A DNA stretch of 30,088 bases, taken from positions 1 to 30,088 of the IMG/VR virus record IMGVR_UViG_3300038974_000049, one strand, 5' to 3'. The notes under the pieces are model-generated. The model searched no databases and was not told where the DNA came from. It was given only the letters and a program-made list of their open reading frames with translations. Origin of the DNA: a virus (Duplodnaviria; Caudoviricetes). Positions 1-7,362 of the stretch are shown piece after piece. The position numbers and the translations under genes are program-made. Positions within the stretch are counted from its first letter, which is position 1; each line of letters begins with the position of its first letter.

Positions 1-551
1 AATCCAATTCTTGATAAATAATTTGCAAAGCGTTGTGAAATATGTTCTCTAAACAACTCAGAAACTGTGCATATATAATGCTGCTTTTTGTGTTGTTGCA
101 GCTGTGATATATTAACGGTGAAATAGTGTTTAAAATCTATGACAGAATTAACAATGGGAACTGTCTCATCAAATTCTAAATAATGGTACCTCGGAGTTTG
201 GTTTTCTCTTAATCTTTTGTTTTCGGTTTTGGTGGGTTTTTTCGCTATTGAAACCATTTTTTGTCCCAATTCACTTAAATGTTCGCCAGTAAGAAAGTGC
301 TCATAGTTATACAACGGCGCAACAATAGCTGAAAAAAGATACTTATCCTGATTCGACGATTTTTCGCCGAACCGAGACTCAAAATCCCAAGTTAAATCGC
401 AATCCTGTGTAAGGACTATTACTGCAGGAAATATTATTTTTGAAACTTTTAATACTCCCTCCTCCTCAATAACTGACTCAATAAACTCCACATCTGATAG
501 AATATCGCCTTGCTGAATTCTATCCACATAATCATCATTTGTTCGGGTCAC
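1..551 (-). CDS. Uncharacterised protein with PemK/MazF-like motif pattern; partial, runs off the left edge; absent from the ORF track
   Basis: Hand translation gives an open frame from GTG 551 (alternative GTG 563; AGGTG RBS upstream of 551) to base 1: ...DRIQQGDILSDVEF...AVIVLTQDCDL...AIVAPLYNY...RYHYLEF...VIDFKHYF...REHISQRFANYLSRIG. Its start overlaps the end of the 69-aa ORF. Confidence 0.8.
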   Translation of the reverse strand, partial: MTRTNDDYVDRIQQGDILSDVEFIESVIEEEGVLKVSKIIFPAVIVLTQDCDLTWDFESRFGEKSSNQDKYLFSAIVAPLYNYEHFLTGEHLSELGQKMVSIAKKPTKTENKRLRENQTPRYHYLEFDETVPIVNSVIDFKHYFTVNISQLQQHKKQHYICTVSELFREHISQRFANYLSRIG

Positions 552-744
552 TTTTAATATCACCTACAATAAATTTTCTATATGGTTTTCCGTTGCCATG
601 TTTTATGCCAACACTGGTTTCTATGGTTTCGGTTGATTCGTTGACAATTGTTTCAACCGTATCGCTATAGTCATTCTTTATGGAAGAAAGTTTTGTAGAT
701 TCTAATGGGTTATCCCACGAGATGGTTGAGGCACTATTCGTCAT
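535..744 (-). CDS. Small Ser/Thr/acidic-rich hypothetical protein (69 aa), middle gene of the cassette
   Basis: ATG preceded by a GGGGG RBS-like tract; overlaps both neighbours, consistent with translational coupling; low-complexity N-terminus and KPYRKFIV near the C-terminus. Confidence 0.6.
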   Translation of the reverse strand: MTNSASTISWDNPLESTKLSSIKNDYSDTVETIVNESTETIETSVGIKHGNGKPYRKFIVGDIKSDPNK

Positions 745-1516
745 TAGTTATAACCCCCATTTTCTTGCGCAATGGATCCTTAATTGCTTTTTCAAACCAC
801 TCTTTTACTTTGCTGTGATAAGTATCTATGGCGTTAATAATGTCATCATAAGAATAACGTCCTACTGAGAATACATCTGTATCAAGAATAAAAACTTGCT
901 TTTTATTCGGAGCAGGATGATCCACATTATAAATACCATATTGAAATCGCAACATGTACTCACCGTAGTTCATTTCAATATTTGACATACATCTGGCTAT
1001 TGACGAGTCTTCATCAGGAAAGGAAAGCCCTTGGACCAAAGGGGATGCAATGTATTTATTCCAATATGAATGCCAGTTTTTGCGTTTACTTTTATCTGCT
1101 ATAAAATTTATTTGATCGACATATCTCAGCCCAATCCTATTAACAACAATATTGGGATATTCAGCTAAAAGTTTCCCAAATACAGCAAAAAATTGGGATT
1201 TTAACTCATCGAAAGTGTTGTATTTCTTGATATTTACAAACATACAGTTATGAGTAATGACTAATTCTTTTTCCCGTTCCTTCCCCCAAAAGTGCCATTC
1301 CTGCATCTTATGTGTATTTATTACAGTTTTTTCCTGCCCGGGAACTGCAGAAACATTTAGTTCTTGTGTTTCTATAGTTTTGGGCTCTAGAATAGGAAAA
1401 AACTCAATGCAAGCGGTTTTCACAATTGATGATAATTCTTTCTCAATTGACTCTTCGGGTGAAACAAAATCAACTCTAAAAATTACATCCGTTAGGTAAT
1501 GTTTGTTATACATCAT
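734..1516 (-). CDS. TIGR04255-family protein
   Basis: Pattern Y..HYLTDVIFRVDF ... YNTFDELK..F ... RIGLRYVDQI ... FILDTD ... H....EWFE matches my recollection of this family. AAGGAG RBS supports the start at 1516 rather than 1561. Confidence 0.75.
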   Translation of the reverse strand: MMYNKHYLTDVIFRVDFVSPEESIEKELSSIVKTACIEFFPILEPKTIETQELNVSAVPGQEKTVINTHKMQEWHFWGKEREKELVITHNCMFVNIKKYNTFDELKSQFFAVFGKLLAEYPNIVVNRIGLRYVDQINFIADKSKRKNWHSYWNKYIASPLVQGLSFPDEDSSIARCMSNIEMNYGEYMLRFQYGIYNVDHPAPNKKQVFILDTDVFSVGRYSYDDIINAIDTYHSKVKEWFEKAIKDPLRKKMGVITNDE

Positions 1517-1574
1517 TATACTATGCTCCTTAAAAATTATATAAGTGAGGGGAGGAATCAAGCTGTGATCTTAT

Positions 1575-1625
1575 ATAACACACATATGATGTGTTATTCT
1601 ACCACACTTTTTGCTGTTGTGTCTA
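1575..1625 (-). promoter_or_regulatory. Sigma-A-type promoter of the three-gene cassette with overlapping inverted repeat
   Basis: Minus strand TAGACA-18 nt-TAGAAT with TGTG extended -10; perfect 8-bp inverted repeat ATAACACA-7-TGTGTTAT at 1575-1597. Confidence 0.6.
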
Positions 1626-1697
1626 TTGGAATTTTTAATCTTATCTACTTTCCCAAGGAATTCACCATTTCTTGTAGCAATCTATGCAAATATCCGT

Positions 1698-1738
1698 AAA
1701 CAAAAAATCGCCCCGGACCGTGATAAGCGATCCGGGGC
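1698..1738 (-). terminator. Intrinsic terminator downstream of the tRNA
   Basis: Minus strand GCCCCGGATCG-CTTATCA-CGGTCCGGGGC followed by GATTTTTTGTTT. Confidence 0.8.
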
Positions 1739-1797
1739 ATTGTCAAGAAAGAAGGAAGAAAAAAGAAGAAAAACCTTGTCCGGTCGGCGTAACCGGC

Positions 1798-1872
1798 TGG
1801 CAGGGGTGTAGGGCTCGAACCCACGTTTGACAAAGTCAAAGTCTGTTGTCTTACCGCTTGACTATATCCCCA
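1798..1872 (-). tRNA. trnQ: tRNA-Gln (UUG) with irregular acceptor stem, possibly a pseudo-tRNA
   Basis: TGGGGATATAGTCAAGCGGTAAGACAACAGACTTTGACTTTGTCAAACGTGGGTTCGAGCCCTACACCCCTGCCA: D arm GTC/GAC, anticodon arm ACAGA-CTTTGAC-TTTGT, T arm GTGGG-TTCGAGC-CCTAC, encoded CCA. Confidence 0.85.
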
Positions 1873-1875
1873 TAT

Positions 1876-1902
1876 GAGCCGCTGATGTGCGGCTCTTTTT
1901 TT
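1876..1902 (+). terminator. Plus-strand intrinsic terminator-like hairpin abutting the tRNA 5' end
   Basis: GAGCCGC-TGATGT-GCGGCTC followed by T7. Confidence 0.6.
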
Positions 1903-1933
1903 GATGCAGGTTGACAAAAAGTGCAAAAAACTG

Positions 1934-1962
1934 AAAAAAAGGCTCACGCTCATCATGCGCCT
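1934..1962 (-). terminator. Probable terminator after the endolysin
   Basis: Minus strand AGGCGCATG-ATGAG-CGTGAGCCT (one mismatch) followed by a T run, about 25 nt after the endolysin stop. Confidence 0.55.
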
Positions 1963-1987
1963 AATTTGCCATATTTCGACAAGTTCA

Positions 1988-2722
1988 TCACCCCAGCAGT
2001 TTCGCCCACGTTGCCGGACCGACGCTGCCGTCAACGGGCAAACCGCTTGCCGTCTGGAACGCCTTGACCGCGCTCAGTGTCTTGGGACCGAAGCTGCCAT
2101 CCACGGTGCCGCAGTTGTGACCGAGGCCGTTCAGAAGGATCTGGAGCTTTTTAACGGGGCTGCCCTTGCTGCCCTGCTTGAGTACATATACAGAGATGTT
2201 CACCTTTTCCGCCTCCTTGCTGGCACCGAGTGTCGTTTTTGATGCTACCGTATACTTCGGTCTATATGCACCGACGACTACGCTCAGCGATCTTGTCCGT
2301 TGCATTACAGCGCCGCCGTTGCCGTCATTGCCGATGGCTGTGTTGCCTTCGATGCAGATTACATACCCCGCGTTTGTGCTGACGCATATACCGACGTGTT
2401 CCGCCTCGTGCTTCTTCCCCGCCCAGTTATACAGGATGAGATCACCCGGCTTGTAACCGGACGTTACCCAAAGGCCGTTTTTCTTGGCATAGTTCATGAG
2501 AGTCGTACAGCTTGCGGTCTTGCCGCCGCCGTAAAACAGATTGTTCGCTCCCAGCTGATCAAACAGCCACCAGATGAACACACAGCACCACGCATAAGCG
2601 GAGCCGGAAACAGCCCTGCCGTAGTAGGCGGTATTGTACTTCACCTTATTACTTCCGGCCGGATTTTCCTTTGTTCCGATCTGCCCATTGGCCAGTGCAA
2701 TTATTTTTGATGCTGAAATCAT
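1988..2722 (-). CDS. Endolysin: CHAP domain plus C-terminal peptidoglycan-binding (PG_binding_1) domain
   Basis: AWCCVF (Cys), EHVGI (His), IEGNT; C-terminal LKQGSKG..VKKLQ..L...G...G.VDG.FGPKT..AVKAFQ...GL.VDG.VGPATW. Confidence 0.93.
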   Translation of the reverse strand: MISASKIIALANGQIGTKENPAGSNKVKYNTAYYGRAVSGSAYAWCCVFIWWLFDQLGANNLFYGGGKTASCTTLMNYAKKNGLWVTSGYKPGDLILYNWAGKKHEAEHVGICVSTNAGYVICIEGNTAIGNDGNGGAVMQRTRSLSVVVGAYRPKYTVASKTTLGASKEAEKVNISVYVLKQGSKGSPVKKLQILLNGLGHNCGTVDGSFGPKTLSAVKAFQTASGLPVDGSVGPATWAKLLG

Positions 2723-2913
2723 TCGTCCACCTCCGGCAAGCCTGTTACAAGGCTGTTGAGTATACTCAGTATACCCGCAAGCGCGGACGCGGAGAGAACC
2801 AGCGCCCAGTTGATGTCCTGCAACGCTACGGCCGTGCCAATCGTGGCAATAGCCGCCTGTGCTACCGTCCTGACGGCTCTGATCAGCGCCGCTTTCCAGA
2901 ATTTCTTTGTCAT
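2719..2913 (-). CDS. Holin (r1t-like)
   Basis: FWKAALIRAVRTVAQAA...INWALVLSASALAGILSILNSL..GLPE; two hydrophobic segments; 4-nt overlap with the endolysin. Confidence 0.88.
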   Translation of the reverse strand: MTKKFWKAALIRAVRTVAQAAIATIGTAVALQDINWALVLSASALAGILSILNSLVTGLPEVDE

Positions 2914-3194
2914 TTCAAATCACTCCTTGTAATAGTTTCCAGATCGGCTATCCTGTGGTTTGCAACCTTCATCTGCTCCCCCAGGAGAGCCGTTCCCTGT
3001 TCCAGTTTGTATGTACGTTCAATGACGTTATTATGCTTGTCCACTGTCTCTTTTAACTGTCTGAGTCTTTCATCCTGTACTGCGTCGCGCTTCTCAAGCT
3101 CCACAAGTAGTTTCTTATGATTTGAGTTATTATTAAGTACACAGACGATGATCGCCGCCGCAGCGCTAACAAGAGCCGCTATAACTGTTTCCAA
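2910..3194 (-). CDS. Membrane-anchored coiled-coil lysis-cassette protein
   Basis: N-terminal hydrophobic helix, VDKHNNVIERTYKLE...VANHRIADLE, position directly before the holin, GGGGG RBS. Confidence 0.7.
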   Translation of the reverse strand: METVIAALVSAAAAIIVCVLNNNSNHKKLLVELEKRDAVQDERLRQLKETVDKHNNVIERTYKLEQGTALLGEQMKVANHRIADLETITRSDLK

Positions 3195-3213
3195 ATCTGT
3201 ACCCCCCTCACGC

Positions 3214-5181
3214 TCATTCTACATAGATTGCCGAGTCTTCACCGATATAATTTGCCGCAAGACGGAAATATGCCGCATTTGTAAGATCAAGATTAAACGA
3301 GCCTCCAGGAGAACCGGTGGCCGTAAAACTTGTGAGATAGCTATTACTATCTACTGTCGCCGGTTTGATAGCATTGCCTGACTGATTGTACCACGCGTAA
3401 ACATATCTACTACATCCTGTGATAAGCGTTTTATTTGCATCATAAAAGGCAATGTAGTTATTATCCTGTGCCGCTGTATTAGCCCGTATGTTTTCCAGCG
3501 TTACCTTTTGCCCCTGGGTAATGGGGATAAAGCCGGTGACATACTTTCCTGCTAATGCCGCTTCCGCGCCTGCGCTGTTGAGGCGATAACCGGACTTATA
3601 TCCTGTGCCGCCGTTGTAAGGGTTGCCGCCGGCATCGATTGATAGTGGGATTTGATTGATACGGGGCTTTGCTTCAACCGTCAGGGCATAAGTAGCAATA
3701 TAGTCCCCGTCCTGCGTCTTTGCCGTTATCGTCGCCGAACCCGCCGAAATTGCAGTTACAACGCCGCCGTTAACAGTTGCTACGCTTGTATTACTGCTCT
3801 CCCATGTAACGCTTTTATTAGTTGCGTCAGACGGTAATACTGTTGCAACCAGCGCCACAGTGCCGCCCTCTGTAAGTGTGCCGGACACCGCGTTCAGCGT
3901 AATGCCAGTAACGTGTATTGATGTATTTGTTCCCGTACCGTAGTTGATCTCCACATCATTGCCGGCACCGAAGCGGATGAGGTTAATTATTTTTGTGCTC
4001 GTATTGATTATGACCGCAGTCCATAACGCCTGTGTCGCCGTCCCCATAGCTCTGCCGGGTACGATCGCGCCGATTGGCACGTCCCTATAACTGCTTGTCG
4101 GTGTGTCGTTTGATCCGGAGGCTGTGGGCAGATAATTTGATAATCCTGTACCGAGTTCAAAGAATTCCCCATAGCTGCCTGTCCTTGATATCTGAGATTT
4201 ACTGTTGTGATCTATGACTGTAAAATTCCCCTTGCCCGGTGACACAAAATCCCAATGTACATGACCGTGGAGAACCCCCACGCATTTATGACTGCTTTTT
4301 GCCGCAAGCCAGTTGTCTATAGCCTGCTGTATCTGCGTCCCTCGATGTGGTATATCCTGCGCCTCTGTATAGCCTTGCAATATCGGTGACAGAGTCTGAT
4401 GACATAAGATGAGGATATCATTGTCTGTATTAAGCGCCACATTCTTAAACCACGTTACCTCATCTGCATAATAGCCCCAATTACCGCCCTGCCCGCCATA
4501 GTAACCATCTACACCGATATTCTCAATGTAGCTGTGCAGCCGGATGACTCTCAATCCGAGACTTTGATAATCTCTATACCCATAAAACTGTCCCCCCTGA
4601 TAATTATCGCCCGCATATGTAAATCCGTCATCCCAGCTGTGATACAAGGATTTCATTTCTGACTCTGTAATACGCCGTGTTTCATTTGTGGACGAGTCTG
4701 ACTGTACAGTATTACCGTCGTGATTACCAATTAGGATCAGCGTATTATCGCCGCCGATCTCCCGCATGGATTTAACAACATGATTTGACAATGCCAATGT
4801 TGTGGCTTTCGCTTCGGAACCGTTTGTCATATCGCCTCCATGTACGACAAGGTTGGGAGGTACCGCCTTACATACCGCGTTCATGGCTGCTGCTTGCGCG
4901 TCAAAATACTGCTGATTATTACTGGATGTGTATATGTGGCTGTCTGTGATCCAGGCGATAAATAATGTGTTTGCTGATCTGAGCTGAGCCAGTTTATTTA
5001 TTGTATCGGCTGTTTCTGCTAAAAAGTATGAGGGGTTGATACCCAGCTCCGACAAATCCCCCAACGCCTCTATTGCCGCCGCCATCTGAGCAACGGTGTA
5101 GGTATTGCTGCTGCCGTTCTTAATACGAATGGCATCTGCTATGGCTTGAATATCGGTATCGCTGTATAACTTCATTGTCAT
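3214..5181 (-). CDS. Putative virion-associated calcineurin-like metallophosphoesterase with Ig-like (Big_2) domain
   Basis: Motifs DSH, GGD, GNHD, CHQ, GHVH; Big_2 pattern VTGITLN...LVATVLPSDATNKSVTWESSNTSVATV...GSATITAKT; N-terminal IQAIADAIR..NG...T.AQMAAAI motif typical of phage tail-region proteins. Confidence 0.85.
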   Translation of the reverse strand: MTMKLYSDTDIQAIADAIRIKNGSSNTYTVAQMAAAIEALGDLSELGINPSYFLAETADTINKLAQLRSANTLFIAWITDSHIYTSSNNQQYFDAQAAAMNAVCKAVPPNLVVHGGDMTNGSEAKATTLALSNHVVKSMREIGGDNTLILIGNHDGNTVQSDSSTNETRRITESEMKSLYHSWDDGFTYAGDNYQGGQFYGYRDYQSLGLRVIRLHSYIENIGVDGYYGGQGGNWGYYADEVTWFKNVALNTDNDILILCHQTLSPILQGYTEAQDIPHRGTQIQQAIDNWLAAKSSHKCVGVLHGHVHWDFVSPGKGNFTVIDHNSKSQISRTGSYGEFFELGTGLSNYLPTASGSNDTPTSSYRDVPIGAIVPGRAMGTATQALWTAVIINTSTKIINLIRFGAGNDVEINYGTGTNTSIHVTGITLNAVSGTLTEGGTVALVATVLPSDATNKSVTWESSNTSVATVNGGVVTAISAGSATITAKTQDGDYIATYALTVEAKPRINQIPLSIDAGGNPYNGGTGYKSGYRLNSAGAEAALAGKYVTGFIPITQGQKVTLENIRANTAAQDNNYIAFYDANKTLITGCSRYVYAWYNQSGNAIKPATVDSNSYLTSFTATGSPGGSFNLDLTNAAYFRLAANYIGEDSAIYVE

Positions 5182-7352
5182 CAGTAGCTCACCCCTCTCG
5201 CGTCAAGGTTATCAACATAGCTTGCAATCAGCTCATTGATATGTGCATCGTTATTGTTCAGATCAACCGTGCCGGGAACGGTTTCCGTCGTACCATCCTC
5301 ATACGTGATGATGAACTTTGCAAACACATACTTTATACCAAGTCCGCGAGAGAGCTCACTGAAAAGCAAGTCGGCATCGTCCTGATCTACGTCCCCGTCA
5401 AAGTTGATGTCGGCTGCCGCCATATCGTCAAGCGCAGCGACCTCTCCATCGACATACCGCTGGAGCATAATCAGATCGGCGTTTGTGATCTCGCCGTCGC
5501 CGTTTACGTCTCCAAACCAGTGCCCCGATGGAGTATGCGTCACACACTGAATTTTGGTCTTTGTCTTGCCCGTGCCCTTGATATTGCCGACAAGCACCCA
5601 CTGATAGTCGCCCACACAGTAGTAGACGTCATACGTCTGATTATTCAGGTAAAAATCGCCGGCATTTGCGGCTGTTATGCTTGGGTATTCGACGCTGAGG
5701 TTCCCCGTATGGTTTATTGTCGTGCCTAATCCCCATTTGCTGCCATCCGCGCCGGGTAAGCCTCGGATGTTTCCAAGATACGCCCATCCTGCTCTTGATG
5801 CGTCACCGGCAAAGCCGCAGCGATAGATGCTGTACGTGTCAGGATTAAGCGCTATATCCCCCTCATTTGCGCTTGAAATGCCAGACGAGGGGAACGTCAC
5901 ATTGTTGGTGTTTGTGCCGGTGATTGCGGTACTCGCAAACCACCGATTCCCATTGACGCCGTCCGTACCGTCGTGACCATCTGTGCCATTTTCTCCGGCT
6001 TCACCCGGCGCACCTTTAATATTCCCCCTGTAAGCCCATTCAGCTACCGAGGGAGCACCTGCGGTCACACAGCGATAGATGCTATACGTCTGTGTATTAA
6101 GATAGATGTCGCCGACGTTTGCATTGCCTATGCCGGACCCTGAGAAAACGACGCCACTGGTGTTTGTCCCGGTGATAGCTGTTCCCATGATCCAGACGTT
6201 TCCGGCAGCTCCGTCAGCGCCCGCATTTCCCGTGTCGCCTTTGTCGCCCTTTGCGCCCTTGATGTTTGCAGAGGATACAGAGGCCATTCCGCTTTTGCTG
6301 GCCGTCCATGTCAGATTGCCGTTTGCATCGACGGACGGGGTATAGTAGCCGCCGTCTTCGCCCGGTGTACCGGAGCCATCCCCGCCCGATCCCGGATCGC
6401 CTTTCGGCGCTACTATGTCGTAGGTGCGCCCGTCTGTCAGCGTGATCGTGTACACGTTATTGCCGTTTGAGTCGGTTTCCTTGAAGGTGATGCCATATAT
6501 GCCGACGCCAGCCTCACCGGAGCCACCGGAGACACTTCCACCGGTATTTTCCGGGATCTTGTCTACAAGTCCGTAGTAAAACTCGTTTGTCCCGTCCTCA
6601 TAGTAAATCACAGTCTTTGCGATAACCTGGCGATTGCTATTGCTGATTCTCCCGTGCAGCCATTGAAGGAGGGCGTAGTCATCAGAGCTAATGACACCGT
6701 CCCCATCTAAATCGGCCGTATCGAAAAGGATCTGAATGCTGCTGTCTTGCATATACCGGGAAAGTAAGATCAGGTCCTGGTTATTAACGATTCCGTCACC
6801 ATTCAGGTCGCCCCAGAGATTGCCGCTGGCCGTAGTTCTCAGACAGGATATTGACTTTACGATTTTTTCGCCGCCGATACCCTCCGTTTCGCCTGTTCTC
6901 ACAATAGCGTATTCACGGTTGTCGATGAGATTTACCGAGGCAAGCGTTGTGGCACCTGCCGGAACAAGGAATGTGCACAGCGGGAATTGGTAGACGGTGT
7001 CATTCTGTGTGAGTAACGCCGCCGCGGTTGAAGTGCCATATACGACCTGTGGGGTGATGCGGCGGTATGCGCTGTTGTCGTTAAATTCCAGGACTACCGT
7101 CGCATATCTTGCAGTAGAAATTGAAACCACCGCTACACGCTCAGACGCGTCGATGATTGCAAGGGCGCCCTGAATGTTCACTGCTCCAGTACCGATGATG
7201 ATATTCATACCGTTTTTACTGCAGGCACATTCATTGAGGTAGCGCCTCATGATACCGTTTGATGCGAATGCCGCCCAGTACTGCCGAAAATTCGACGCCG
7301 TTACTTTCCTGTCGCCGTTTATCGATGTAAACGGAAATGATGTTATGCTCAT
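5181..7352 (-). CDS. Tail fibre / upper-baseplate protein with two dockerin domains, collagen-like linkers and three beta-rich repeats
   Basis: Located after the Gp37-like gene; N-terminus FPFTSINGDR...NGI resembles baseplate anchors; two paired DxNxDGxxxxxD calcium-loop-helix modules; Gly-X-Y runs; three GD.YLN..TY..Y.C...W...GNIKG repeats. Confidence 0.85.
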   Translation of the reverse strand: MSITSFPFTSINGDRKVTASNFRQYWAAFASNGIMRRYLNECACSKNGMNIIIGTGAVNIQGALAIIDASERVAVVSISTARYATVVLEFNDNSAYRRITPQVVYGTSTAAALLTQNDTVYQFPLCTFLVPAGATTLASVNLIDNREYAIVRTGETEGIGGEKIVKSISCLRTTASGNLWGDLNGDGIVNNQDLILLSRYMQDSSIQILFDTADLDGDGVISSDDYALLQWLHGRISNSNRQVIAKTVIYYEDGTNEFYYGLVDKIPENTGGSVSGGSGEAGVGIYGITFKETDSNGNNVYTITLTDGRTYDIVAPKGDPGSGGDGSGTPGEDGGYYTPSVDANGNLTWTASKSGMASVSSANIKGAKGDKGDTGNAGADGAAGNVWIMGTAITGTNTSGVVFSGSGIGNANVGDIYLNTQTYSIYRCVTAGAPSVAEWAYRGNIKGAPGEAGENGTDGHDGTDGVNGNRWFASTAITGTNTNNVTFPSSGISSANEGDIALNPDTYSIYRCGFAGDASRAGWAYLGNIRGLPGADGSKWGLGTTINHTGNLSVEYPSITAANAGDFYLNNQTYDVYYCVGDYQWVLVGNIKGTGKTKTKIQCVTHTPSGHWFGDVNGDGEITNADLIMLQRYVDGEVAALDDMAAADINFDGDVDQDDADLLFSELSRGLGIKYVFAKFIITYEDGTTETVPGTVDLNNNDAHINELIASYVDNLDARGVSY
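5575..6200 (-). repeat. Three internal coding repeats in the tail fibre
   Basis: Visible in protein and DNA, e.g. CAGCGATAGATGCT at ~5818 and ~6070 (252-bp period) and GGTGTTTGT(G/C)CCGGTGAT at ~5907 and ~6159. Confidence 0.8.
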
Positions 7353-7362
7353 GTGTTGCCTC

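Noticed and set aside
1798-1830. att site at the tRNA 3' end
   Set aside because: No second copy and no integrase in the window, so it cannot be supported here.
1645-2034. 129-aa minus-strand ORF
   Set aside because: Runs through the tRNA and terminators; composition is an artefact of the pyrimidine tracts.
5575-6200. Possible diversity-generating retroelement TR/VR pair
   Set aside because: No reverse transcriptase in the window; both copies are in-frame coding repeats and differences are not adenine-specific.
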